Source: an uncultured Candidatus Saccharibacteria bacterium (GTDB taxonomy: Bacteria; Patescibacteriota; Minisyncoccia; UBA6257; 1-14-0-10-44-23). Taken from it: a DNA stretch of 64,000 nucleotides. Position 1 is the first letter of the stretch; every line of letters begins with the position of its first letter. Below the pieces are notes generated by a model. It was not told the origin of the DNA and did no database searches. It saw only the letters and a list, made by a program, of their open reading frames with translations. Below, in pieces: positions 35,702-44,638 of the stretch. The stretch is taken from contig CAZJVT010000003.1 of NCBI GenBank assembly GCA_964549935.1, forward strand, positions 14,634 through 78,633, written 5' to 3'. Made by a program: the position numbers and the translations under genes.

Positions 35702-36265
35702 ATGGATGAGACCAGCCGCCTGCTCGCCGAGATCTCGAGATCGGTCTTCGACATCCACTCCTCCAGCCCCTGGCCGTCCCGGGACCTGTCCAACTTCGCC
35801 GCCTGGCCCTTCGTGCTGGACGGCGTCGCATGCGGCTCGATGGAGGGCTTCGTCCAGGGGCTCAAGTTCGAGGACCTCGACGAGCAGACTTCCGTCTGCT
35901 CGATGGTCGGCTATGCCGCCAAGCGGCGCGGCTCCAACCGCAACGCAGCCTGGCAGGCGGCGCATACTCTCTGGTGGAGGGGTCGTCCGGTCGACCGCTT
36001 CTCGCCCGAGTACCAGCGGCTGCTCGACCGTGCCTATGCGGCGATGACGATGGCGAACCCCGGATTCGGCCGTGCCCTGCTCGCGACCGGCGACAGGAAG
36101 CTGTCCCACCGCATCGGCTCGGTCGATCCGCGGTTCACGGTGCTCACCCAGGAGGAATTCTGCTCGAGGCTGGCGCGCATCCGGGCCTGGCTCCTCCGGC
36201 GCGAGGCCAGGCCCGCCGCGGAAGCCGAACCGGAAAGGACGACGGCGCCCGCCCTCGCGGACTAG
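35702..36265 (+). CDS. NADAR/YbiA-like (DUF1768) domain protein
   Basis: LSNFAAWPFVLDG...SMEGFVQGLKF...LLATGDRKLSH matches the NADAR signature (SNF..PF..DG...EH..QA.KF...LL.TGd..L.E). Confidence 0.5.
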   Translation: MDETSRLLAEISRSVFDIHSSSPWPSRDLSNFAAWPFVLDGVACGSMEGFVQGLKFEDLDEQTSVCSMVGYAAKRRGSNRNAAWQAAHTLWWRGRPVDRFSPEYQRLLDRAYAAMTMANPGFGRALLATGDRKLSHRIGSVDPRFTVLTQEEFCSRLARIRAWLLRREARPAAEAEPERTTAPALAD

Positions 36266-36291
36266 GATGCCCCTCCAGAAAGGAAGGGGTC

Positions 36292-36666
36292 GTGCCGAGC
36301 CAGTCCGACGAGATAGAGCGCAAGCTCGACATCCTGGCCCGACGGCTGGACCATGTCATCGCGCGCGAGTCAGGTCTCGAGATCAAGCGCGTCGTGTTCG
36401 TGCGACAGCGGCGGATCCTCTTCTATTCCGACGAGAGCAAGCACCGGGGGAGACCGCATTGCATCGTCGAGCTCAGCCGCGATCATCGGCCGAAGATCGA
36501 CATCGCCACCGGAGACGTCATCGAAGGAGATGCGGGCCCGTACTGGCGCCATCTACGGCGCTTCGTCGCGGACGAGGACGTCCGTCGTCAGCTCCTCGAT
36601 ATCTGGGACGAGACCCGCCCAGACGACCAGCGACTGCCTTCCGGGGATGATCCGACACTTCGCTGA
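36292..36666 (+). CDS. hypothetical protein (about 124 aa, GTG start)
   Basis: C-terminal portion of ORF 35830..36666. The start is uncertain. Confidence 0.35.
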   Translation: MPSQSDEIERKLDILARRLDHVIARESGLEIKRVVFVRQRRILFYSDESKHRGRPHCIVELSRDHRPKIDIATGDVIEGDAGPYWRHLRRFVADEDVRRQLLDIWDETRPDDQRLPSGDDPTLR

Positions 36667-36741
36667 CTGGTGAACTTTTGCATTGAACCTGCGAGCGCCC
36701 CGTCCTTAGCTCATTCCTGCTGACCAGCAGGGTGGGGACTC

Positions 36742-37104
36742 ATGCCAGCTCAGCGCACCAAGGCCGAGGACCTGGTCAGGTCCCTCGCAGAGAAGCTGTT
36801 CGTGCTCTGCTCGCATGGACCGATCGTCGGCGACGACGGCAGCCGCTATCCCTTGGTCCATCCTCTCTCGCTCGGTGATTTCTCCATCGCCTTTCCCGAG
36901 AGCGGCGATGGCCTGGAAGATGCCAGCCCCAGGTTCCGGGTCGACCTACCCAACGGTTTCGCGGCCCTCGTGGAGATCGAGACAAGTCAGATCCTGGAAG
37001 GCGATCCCGGCAACTGGGAGATGAGCCTGCGGTCCTTCGTCAGAGCCAACCGTCGGTCCCTGGCTGAAGCCTGGAGGGCGACCAGGGACCCTGGCGCCGC
37101 CTAG
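36742..37104 (+). CDS. hypothetical protein (120 aa)
   Basis: Has an ATG start and coding-like composition. Confidence 0.4.
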   Translation: MPAQRTKAEDLVRSLAEKLFVLCSHGPIVGDDGSRYPLVHPLSLGDFSIAFPESGDGLEDASPRFRVDLPNGFAALVEIETSQILEGDPGNWEMSLRSFVRANRRSLAEAWRATRDPGAA

Positions 37105-37116
37105 TGACGATCGAGG

Positions 37117-38013
37117 TCACTCCTTTCGCCGCAGACCTCGATAGATCCAGATCAGGATAGCCAGCACGCCACCGGCCAGCGCGCCGGCAAGACCCTTGTC
37201 GATCACCTTGCTCCAATCGATCGCGCCGGAACGCGGGATGTCGGCAAAGAGATCGTCAGTCGATGATTTCGCGCCCGCGCCGACGGTCACCATGCCGGCG
37301 GGCAAAGCCGGCGCCACATCCTTCGGATCGTCGATCGGCTTCAAGCGGCCTGCGAGCACGTCCACCATCGTCGATGCCGTCATGAGAAGCCTGTCGAAGG
37401 TCTCCCTGTCGACGTATTCGCGGTAGATGTTGAACGTGACCGGGCGGGTGCCTGCAAGCGTGAAGCCGGTGACCCCAGCTATATCGGGTCCCGGTCCATT
37501 GGACGCGGCGCTCATCAGGATGCCCATGAACACGCCGCTATCGCTCTGATGGATCTGGCCCATCGCCTTGGTTGTCGAGGTGATCCCCTCCTTCGCCAGG
37601 CGGCCGCCGAAGGTGCCGACGAGCTCATCGATGTCCTTCTTCGGGACCACGCCCGCCAGTCGTCTTGCGTATTCGGCACGCGTGGTCCCCGACGGCACCT
37701 TGGCAGGCTTTCCGTCGGGAGCCGTCAGAAGCCAGATCCCATGCTGGCTCAGTCTTTGGCGACGACCCGTTCTGGCTTCCTCGAGCTCATCGCATGGAGC
37801 GAAGGCAAGGAGGACGATGTTTTCCCCTGCGTTCAGGCGATCCTGCGCCTCGAGGATCTGCCGATCGACGGGCTCGGAGCGGGAAAGAGGACACATCCTT
37901 CCGGGAACAGGCAGGTCGAAGCGCTCGCCGCTCCATTCGACGACGATGGCGTGCGCGGTGGAGATCTGCATGCAGAGCCAGGCCGCGGCGATCGTGCGCG
38001 CGGCAATGGCCAT
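37117..38013 (-). CDS. secreted/membrane-anchored hypothetical protein (N-terminal signal, C-terminal TM GGVLAILIWIY)
   Basis: Start at M18 (MAIAARTIAAAWLCMQISTAHA). The C-terminus has a hydrophobic helix followed by RGLRRKE. Confidence 0.45.
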   Translation of the reverse strand: MAIAARTIAAAWLCMQISTAHAIVVEWSGERFDLPVPGRMCPLSRSEPVDRQILEAQDRLNAGENIVLLAFAPCDELEEARTGRRQRLSQHGIWLLTAPDGKPAKVPSGTTRAEYARRLAGVVPKKDIDELVGTFGGRLAKEGITSTTKAMGQIHQSDSGVFMGILMSAASNGPGPDIAGVTGFTLAGTRPVTFNIYREYVDRETFDRLLMTASTMVDVLAGRLKPIDDPKDVAPALPAGMVTVGAGAKSSTDDLFADIPRSGAIDWSKVIDKGLAGALAGGVLAILIWIYRGLRRKE

Positions 38014-38492
38014 TATTGGCCGGCAACCTTCTGGACCCACATCACCGCGGTCTTGGCGATGCAATTGTCCGGCAGGGGCATCTGCTTCGTCTTGTCGTAG
38101 CCGAGATGGCGCATGAGCTCGCCCACGATGGATCCGGCCGAGACGGTGATCTGGTGATCGGCCGAATAGTCCTTCCCCATCCTCTTCTGAAGGAGCGGAT
38201 CGACGAGCGCCATGGCCGGCAGCTTCAGGACATTCGTCGCCTCGAGGGCGGCCTTGCGCCCTTCCTCCGACCAGACGATCGCTTCCATGGTGAGGTAGAC
38301 GGGATCCGACTTCGCCGTCCCGCCGACGGGCCCCTCCCGCAACGGCAGTCCGGACGCGTCGATCTTCTCCATCACCTCGCGACCGCCCTTGTCGTAGCGA
38401 TCCCTGGCGTTCTGGTACATCTGGAGGCGCTCCTCGGGCGACATCCGCCGGAGCATCTCAAGGAACTTCTGGTCGATCATGGACCCCGTCAT
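38013..38492 (-). CDS. hypothetical protein (159 aa)
   Basis: Its start codon shares a nucleotide with the stop of the next gene. Confidence 0.4.
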   Translation of the reverse strand: MTGSMIDQKFLEMLRRMSPEERLQMYQNARDRYDKGGREVMEKIDASGLPLREGPVGGTAKSDPVYLTMEAIVWSEEGRKAALEATNVLKLPAMALVDPLLQKRMGKDYSADHQITVSAGSIVGELMRHLGYDKTKQMPLPDNCIAKTAVMWVQKVAGQ

Positions 38493-39395
38493 CTGTGCAA
38501 GACGCGGATCCTAACGCCTAAGTTGCGGCGTCCGCCAGGGCCAGCTTCCCGCTTTCAGTCATCTGCCATTCGAATCCGCCCTCGACCCGCATCTCCGCAA
38601 GGAGCTCGCGATCGCGGAGCGCGACCAGGACGGCTCGGCGCATGGGGCGGCCGAGCGCGAAATCGTTCAGGGCGTCCAGGAGCCAACGATCGACGCGCTT
38701 GCTCATCGGCTCAAGCCTTCTCCGACGCCGCTTGGCGATCGAGCCATCCCGCGAGAACGATCGTCCATTCGTCGACTGCCGTCTGATACTCCTCGAAGCG
38801 CTCACGGTGCTGCTCGGAGGTGTGGGTCCCGGCGCTGTAGCGATGAAAGCCGGCATTGGCCTTGCGCGCGAGCCGGCCATACTCGACGATCCGGGCGAAG
38901 GCGGCCTTCGCCTCCTTGGCGCTTCCGATCGTCTCGGGGGCTGGTCTGGTCCTCGCCATCGCGCGCGTCCTTATCCCGGCAACTTCATGTCGTTCGATGA
39001 CGATCTCGACCGTCCGATATCCCGGTCGACGGTGAGGGAGGCACTGCCTGGTGCAGGCTCCGAAAAACGAGGCGAGACAGGATCGCCGCGATAGAGCCCG
39101 AGAGCCTCGGCGAGATCGCAACCCGGCTTGTGGGCGCCGTCGCTCTTCAACGCACGGCTACTTGGACATGTCGGTTCCGGGTGCATGCCGATGCCTGACT
39201 CGGTCTCGACCTCCGCGGACCACTCCAGCTCCGCCAGCATCCTGCCAAGTTTCGCCTCGATGTCGGTGCGCACGATCGTCGGCGGCGGCGTGTGAGGATC
39301 CGCTCCACGGGTCTGGCGAACGCGCCACGGATAGACGCTGGTATCGACGACGCGGCCGCCGGCTTCGGCTTCCTGCCTGCTGAGGTACACCCGGC

Positions 39396-39785
39396 TCACG
39401 CGAGCCTCGGGCCATTCTCCTTCGGCTCGGGCGTCTTCACCACCCGGGTCCCGAAGTCGGAGATGTTCATCTGGGCATGCATCGCCTCGCGCATGCGCTC
39501 GATGGTGACGTCGTCGTTCAGGCCGCAATCCACGATGTCCACGACCTCCTTGGTCTTGCGGTCGTAGACCTCGATCGAACGGTTGCCGACATCGCCTTCC
39601 ATCTGATGCTCCTTGAGTTCCTCGGCGAGCTCGGCCTTGGCGCGGGCACGCGCGGTCTGGTGAAGAGCCTGGTCGCTTCGTGCCTTGGCATGCTGGGATT
39701 GACGGGATCCGTAAGCCCCGTCAGGGAACTTGTCGTGACCAGGACAGCATCCGGCTTCCTGCCGGCGGCGACCGTACGCTTTCAT
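39396..39785 (-). CDS. hypothetical protein (129 aa)
   Basis: Start at M58 of ORF 39396..39956 (MKAYGRRRQEAG...). Confidence 0.35.
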   Translation of the reverse strand: MKAYGRRRQEAGCCPGHDKFPDGAYGSRQSQHAKARSDQALHQTARARAKAELAEELKEHQMEGDVGNRSIEVYDRKTKEVVDIVDCGLNDDVTIERMREAMHAQMNISDFGTRVVKTPEPKENGPRLA

Positions 39786-39805
39786 CGCCCCTCCGTTCCG
39801 GCAGA

Positions 39806-40114
39806 TCAGGCCGCGGCCTTCATGGTTTTCGGAGACCGGCGAAGCTGTCCGCGCAATCCGAGGAGCGTGTTCGGCGGCAGCAGCTTGCCCTCGCCATCGT
39901 GCAGCCAGACGATCTCGCCATCCAGCTGTCGCATGACGTCCTTCGGGACGACGCACATGGAGCGCTTGTCGGCGCCTGCCATCCCGTGCATCACCGTGAC
40001 CTTGGGGTCGGAGGCATCGAGGCTGAAGACCTGGTGCTTGAGAAGCCAGGCCCTGAGGTCGCCGGAGCTACGAACGGTCGGACGCGGAGAGTTGGCGAGG
40101 CGGGGAAGTGCCAT
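39806..40114 (-). CDS. hypothetical protein (102 aa)
   Basis: Start at M46 (MALPRLANSPRPTV...), with SD AAGGAT upstream. Confidence 0.35.
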   Translation of the reverse strand: MALPRLANSPRPTVRSSGDLRAWLLKHQVFSLDASDPKVTVMHGMAGADKRSMCVVPKDVMRQLDGEIVWLHDGEGKLLPPNTLLGLRGQLRRSPKTMKAAA

Positions 40115-40130
40115 GACAGGACGATCCTTT

Positions 40131-40158
40131 GATTTATCGTGTTCGCTATATAGCATGG
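40131..40158 (+). promoter_or_regulatory. recurring motif copy: GATTTATCGTGTTCGCTATATAGCATGG (orphan; no plus gene within 600 nt)
   Basis: Sits 17 nt from the leftward start at 40114. Only a 39-codon plus ORF follows it. Confidence 0.4.
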
Positions 40159-40264
40159 TGACGCCTTTATGTCCAAGGGAAACCGTCCTTAGGATGACCA
40201 AGGACGGCGCGGCCACCATGGTTGAATGTCGCATGGACGCGTCGATCAATCCCTGCAGCAGGGG

Positions 40265-40657
40265 CTAGATCTCGAACCCTTTCCCGGCCTTCTCCAGGCG
40301 AGGAACGGCTGGGAACTTTCCAAGGATCCATGCATCGAAGCCGTCGCCCGCGGCGATGATCGCCTGATCTCGAAGCTCGGCTGGCGTATACGACATCGCC
40401 TTGAGCTCGAAGCTCGGCGTCGGGTGCTTGTAGCCGATATCCTCGAAATAGACGGTCCACGCCTTCCTGAGCCAGGCCGAGAACAGGTCGTTTCGGCGAG
40501 CCGGCACCTGATAGTCGTGGGCGCGGACATAAGCGACATATCGCGGGTTGAGACCGGCCAGCTCGGCCTCGCAGAACTCGCGCCAGTCCAGGACGTTCGC
40601 CGTCGAGAAGTCGACAGGCGGGATCCTCGAGACGATCGATGGAGATGCCTTCGGCAT
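40265..40657 (-). CDS. hypothetical protein (130 aa)
   Basis: Composition is coding-like. Confidence 0.4.
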   Translation of the reverse strand: MPKASPSIVSRIPPVDFSTANVLDWREFCEAELAGLNPRYVAYVRAHDYQVPARRNDLFSAWLRKAWTVYFEDIGYKHPTPSFELKAMSYTPAELRDQAIIAAGDGFDAWILGKFPAVPRLEKAGKGFEI

Positions 40658-40741
40658 GCCCTGAGGATACCAGGAGGGAAAGAAAGCGCGGAGGCCGGAC
40701 TTCGTCGCGCCTCCATGATTTCGGATGGCTTGGCGCTTCCT

Positions 40742-40768
40742 GATTTATCTCGTATACTCTTTGCCATA
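40742..40768 (+). promoter_or_regulatory. recurring motif copy: GATTTATCTCGTATACTCTTTGCCATA
   Basis: Lies 13-39 nt before ATG 40781. Contains TATACT, and an AGGAGG SD follows. Confidence 0.5.
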
Positions 40769-40780
40769 GGAGGTACAGCC

Positions 40781-41455
40781 ATGCGCCACGTCCTCACCGC
40801 CCTTCTCGCGTTCATGGTCGTCGCGACGCCGGCAGAGGCCGGCATGAAGGCTGTCGACGTCGCTCTCGTCTTGGCACCGGACGTGTCGGGCAGCGTCAGC
40901 GAGGCCAGCTGGAAGCTCCAGCGGGACGGCATGGCAGCGGCGATCGCTTCGAAGAAGTTCCATGATGTCGTCCGGGCCGGGCCGATCGGCCGCATCGCGG
41001 TCTCCGTCGTCCAGTGGTCAGCCATGGCAATTGTCGCTATCGACTGGCGCATCATCGAGTCCCAGGCAGACGCGGAGGCCGTCGCCGGCGAGATCTCGTC
41101 GATCCGGCGCATGGGCAACGGCAATACCTGCATGGATACGGCCCTCCTGAAGGCCATGGAGCTCTTCCGGCAGATCGACGGGAACGCCACGCGGCAGGTG
41201 ATCGACATCAGCGGCGACGGCGAGCACAACTGTAAGCACAGGGACTTTTCCCGGGTCCGGCAGGAGGCTCTCGCCGCGGACATCACCATCAACGGGTTGC
41301 CGATCGTGACGCCGATCGAGCCGAAGATCGAGAGTTGGTACGAGGAGCACCTGATCGGCGGCCCGGGGGCCTTCATCGTGACGGCCAAGGGCTTCGACAA
41401 TTTCAAGGAAGCCTTCCTGAAGAAGGTCACGACGGAGATCGCCGAGGCGAGGTAG
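40781..41455 (+). CDS. secreted vWA-like protein of the DUF1194 family
   Basis: Signal peptide MRHVLTALLAFMVVATPAEA. The motif VDVALVLAPDVSGSVSEASWKLQRDG is typical of DUF1194 (MIDAS-like DxSGS). Confidence 0.55.
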   Translation: MRHVLTALLAFMVVATPAEAGMKAVDVALVLAPDVSGSVSEASWKLQRDGMAAAIASKKFHDVVRAGPIGRIAVSVVQWSAMAIVAIDWRIIESQADAEAVAGEISSIRRMGNGNTCMDTALLKAMELFRQIDGNATRQVIDISGDGEHNCKHRDFSRVRQEALAADITINGLPIVTPIEPKIESWYEEHLIGGPGAFIVTAKGFDNFKEAFLKKVTTEIAEAR

Positions 41456-41495
41456 GAGATACTCCTCAGGAGATCTGCTTGTTGGCGACCCGATA

Positions 41496-41999
41496 TTGAC
41501 GTCCTGGCTGCATGTGCCAAGCTTCCAGGCGCCAACATTGAAATGGTCTCCAATGAACGTCAGCCTGACCCTGGCAATCCGCGTTTCACTGGCGCTCCTG
41601 GTCGTCGATCTGATCTCTCTCGCATCGACCCTTTCGAACTGGCCGGGGCTGCGTGACGCCTCGTTGATCGAAATCCTGCTGCTCGCCTTACCTCACCTCT
41701 GCCCCCTGTTCGTGTATCTCGTACTCAGGGGCAAGAAGCAGACCGGCAGTCTTCGATTGGCCACACTGGACGTCGGCCGCGGCAAACGAACCTGGCTTGC
41801 CGCTCTCAATGTCCTGAGCCTGCTGATTTGGCTCAACGTGCTTGCCCGTCTATCCCCTCTTCACAGCTTCATGAGCCTGGTCGGCACGGTCGTTGGGTTG
41901 CTCAATCTTGCCTACTCGGCTTTCACGGCCTACGTCGCATTTACCCTGGATCGCGATCGGTCGCGTATTCCGAACATCCCGACCAAGGCCGAAGAGTGA
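41496..41999 (+). CDS. integral membrane protein (4 predicted TM helices)
   Basis: Multiple hydrophobic segments, for example LTLAIRVSLALLVVDLISL and LAALNVLSLLIWLNVL. Confidence 0.4.
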   Translation: MTSWLHVPSFQAPTLKWSPMNVSLTLAIRVSLALLVVDLISLASTLSNWPGLRDASLIEILLLALPHLCPLFVYLVLRGKKQTGSLRLATLDVGRGKRTWLAALNVLSLLIWLNVLARLSPLHSFMSLVGTVVGLLNLAYSAFTAYVAFTLDRDRSRIPNIPTKAEE

Positions 42000-42436
42000 A
42001 CTGGCGCCACGGCACCCTCCGTCTCTGGATCGCGGCATCGGCACTCTGGATACTTGCCGTCTTCGCGCTCGCCTGGCCGGTCGTGACCCCAGTGGTGCAG
42101 GCGGCAATCGACGCCAATCCGTTCGATGCGCTCGCCTCCCTCCCCGTGGAATGCCGGTATGCGCGCGGAACGAGCGGAGTCGACTATCAGGCAGCCGGGC
42201 CCCTGTGCTTCTACGAGGAGGCCGCCTTCAGGAAGCTGTATCCCGACAACAAGCGAGAATGGATCGACATCATGACCGAGCAGCACGAGATGCTCGGTCT
42301 TTCCTACTCCCCGCCGCCGCAGCCCTGGCCCTTGGTTCTCAGATGGTCCCTGCTCGGGGTCCTGCCGCCGATCGGCGTATTCGCTCTCGGGTTGCTCGTC
42401 CTATGGGTGGCGCGGGGGTTCAGGCGTCCGGCCTGA
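41996..42436 (+). CDS. integral membrane protein (GTG start overlapping upstream TGA)
   Basis: Hydrophobic segments include LRLWIAASALWILAVFALAWPVV and LGVLPPIGVFALGLLVLWVA. Confidence 0.4.
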   Translation: MNWRHGTLRLWIAASALWILAVFALAWPVVTPVVQAAIDANPFDALASLPVECRYARGTSGVDYQAAGPLCFYEEAAFRKLYPDNKREWIDIMTEQHEMLGLSYSPPPQPWPLVLRWSLLGVLPPIGVFALGLLVLWVARGFRRPA

Positions 42437-42977
42437 AGCTCGATCGGGCGCCGGCGATCCGTGACATGCCGATCTCCGTCTTCCACTCCTCGAACCACGC
42501 TTCCGCGCGCGTCCTGGCATCCTCGAGATGCAGCTCGATTGCGTCGTCCAGGATGTTCCGTCGATAGCGGGGATCGCCGAGCTCCGTGACGACGATCTCC
42601 GGGCCGTCAAACTGATCCGCGGTGACGTCGACGATCAGGCGGCTCATGGCATCAACGCACCAGTAGTGGCTGTGGCAGGCCCCGCCCTGGGCAATGAAGC
42701 CACCAGGGCCGACGCGATGGTTCAGGTTCTCGTCGTCCGGGTCCGGATCGGCGATGCCGCCATCGACCAGCCATAGGCCGCTGGTTCCTTCGTTGAGGAT
42801 CTCCACCAGGAAGATCGCGGAAAAACGGCACATGCCCAGGGACGCGATGTCGTCGGGAACGCTCCTCTCGGCCTTCCATTCTTTCCATCGAGGCTCAAGG
42901 AACGCGCGCGCCTTCGTGGCGAGATCGACCAGGTCCGGACGTACGATCGGACGCGGCTCGACGAGAAGGCCCGTCAC
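42420..42977 (-). CDS. hypothetical protein; last gene of the IcmB/DotO-headed operon
   Basis: GTGA start/stop overlap with the upstream gene. Confidence 0.35.
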   Translation of the reverse strand: MTGLLVEPRPIVRPDLVDLATKARAFLEPRWKEWKAERSVPDDIASLGMCRFSAIFLVEILNEGTSGLWLVDGGIADPDPDDENLNHRVGPGGFIAQGGACHSHYWCVDAMSRLIVDVTADQFDGPEIVVTELGDPRYRRNILDDAIELHLEDARTRAEAWFEEWKTEIGMSRIAGARSSFRPDA

Positions 42978-43420
42978 TGAAGCTTGAGCTCCTCGCCCTT
43001 CGGCACCGGGAGCTGAGGGGAAGGATAGTTCCGCCGCGCGGCACTGATCGCCGGCGCGTGCTCGCGGTGCCACCGATGGACGGCGGCGAAGTCGGGATCG
43101 GTATTGTGCTCGTCCACAACGAAGCACAGAACCCGGGCAAGAGCCAGCTCGGACGCGCGAAGGCGTTCCATCTCGGATGTCAGGGCGGCATCGGCTTTCG
43201 TCAGCCGATCGACCTCCTCGGCAACGGCCTCGATCGCCGCGAGATTAGTCGCTCCCTTGCCTTCGACGATCCGATTTCCATTCCGCATCACGATGATTGC
43301 CACGGGCTCGGCGCTGCCAAGCTCATCGCTGTCGATGATCGACCAGCCAAGGGCTTTCAGGTCTGAAAGCTTCTCGTTGAAGGCACGGAAGGCGGCGATC
43401 TTTTCCTGGCTCGGAGGCAT
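42974..43420 (-). CDS. hypothetical protein (148 aa)
   Basis: Starts 5 nt after the upstream stop. Confidence 0.4.
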   Translation of the reverse strand: MPPSQEKIAAFRAFNEKLSDLKALGWSIIDSDELGSAEPVAIIVMRNGNRIVEGKGATNLAAIEAVAEEVDRLTKADAALTSEMERLRASELALARVLCFVVDEHNTDPDFAAVHRWHREHAPAISAARRNYPSPQLPVPKGEELKLQ

Positions 43421-43425
43421 GGTGG

Positions 43426-44160
43426 CTATCCGTTGGTCAAGGGTGGGGTAGTCTCGAGTTTCATATGCTCCGCCTCCCGCGAGCTCGTATTCGCCCCGGC
43501 ACGCTGATCCGGATCTACTGGCGACCCCGCGGGAGACGAAGCGTCGGGCAGGTTGTGGCTGGCCTGCTCGATCTCGAGCGGCCGCCCATCACGAAAGCAT
43601 CCCGTCGGCGAGCTGATGACGCCCTCGGCGCAGGCACGCCAGAGGATGACGTCGACCGTCGCAACACGAAGCCTGGTCTTGCGGGCGAGGTCGGCGCATA
43701 GCGCTTCGACGCTCGTGCCGTGTTGGTCCGCTAGACGCTGCAGGTGGACGTCCGGCTTGGCGACGTCGATGCCGAAGTTCTTCGCAAGGTGGTACTTCGT
43801 GATGCTGCCGATCCACGGCAGGTCGGCGCACCAGCCGAGCTTGTCTTGGACCGTCTGGTATTCGGCGAATAGCTTCTGGCGCTCGCTCCAGATCCTGTCG
43901 ATCGCTCCCGCCTTGCCCTTGTGGCCGAAGACGGATGCGGCGCTCTCGCCCGCGTCGATGGCTTCCATGATCCGGAGATAGATGCCGCGGGCAACGGTGT
44001 TCTTCATGCCGGAGTTGCAGATCACGAAGATGATCTCGCGGGCAAAGGCGTCGGGATCCGTCGGGGCCTGGACGTTCTCCGACCAGTCGACGTCGCCGTG
44101 ATAGAAGCCGAGACGCTCGAGATCGGCGCGGATCGAATGAAAGTCGGACATGGAGATCAT
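43426..44160 (-). CDS. hypothetical protein (244 aa)
   Basis: Start at M74 (MISMSDF...) gives an ATGA overlap with the upstream gene. Confidence 0.4.
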   Translation of the reverse strand: MISMSDFHSIRADLERLGFYHGDVDWSENVQAPTDPDAFAREIIFVICNSGMKNTVARGIYLRIMEAIDAGESAASVFGHKGKAGAIDRIWSERQKLFAEYQTVQDKLGWCADLPWIGSITKYHLAKNFGIDVAKPDVHLQRLADQHGTSVEALCADLARKTRLRVATVDVILWRACAEGVISSPTGCFRDGRPLEIEQASHNLPDASSPAGSPVDPDQRAGANTSSREAEHMKLETTPPLTNG

Positions 44161-44447
44161 GGCGGCTCGATCCTTGAGGCATCGATGCGCCGCGTCCCCA
44201 CCTTGACCGGAATCAGGATGTTTCCTTTCTCGATGCGATCGACCTCGATCTCGACTTTGGTCAACGCTTCGAGGTCGGATTCGCCCTCGCCCTTGGCGGC
44301 CACGTCCCCCTTTGTCATCAGCCAAAATGTGTGCGCGATGCCAGCGAGGCGATAGTCGTTGTGGACGGCTACGGTCCAACCTCGGCCACGCAAGGTGGCG
44401 AGCTTGAGCTCGGTGGCCCTGGCATAGGCAGCTCCGTCAGGCTTCAT
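44157..44447 (-). CDS. hypothetical protein (96 aa)
   Basis: Start at M52 (MKPDGAAY...) gives an ATGA overlap with the upstream small membrane gene. Confidence 0.35.
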   Translation of the reverse strand: MKPDGAAYARATELKLATLRGRGWTVAVHNDYRLAGIAHTFWLMTKGDVAAKGEGESDLEALTKVEIEVDRIEKGNILIPVKVGTRRIDASRIEPP

Positions 44448-44638
44448 CGCACCACCTGCCCGCTGAAGCGCTCCAGCACCTCGAGCACCGGGATCAGCAC
44501 GAGGATACCGGCGAAGCTGAAAGCCTGGGCCAGCTTCGATGGAGGATCGGTCTGGAGGATGCGTGTCAAACAGATGCCCTGAGCAAGACCTGCCGCCCAA
44601 AGAAGGGCCGCTACCTGATAGACGGTGAACTGGAGCAT
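44444..44638 (-). CDS. small membrane protein (64 aa, 2 TM)
   Basis: Begins 1 nt after the IcmB/DotO-like stop. Sequence VYQVAALLWAAGLAQGICL...FAGILVLIPVL. Confidence 0.4.
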   Translation of the reverse strand: MLQFTVYQVAALLWAAGLAQGICLTRILQTDPPSKLAQAFSFAGILVLIPVLEVLERFSGQVVR

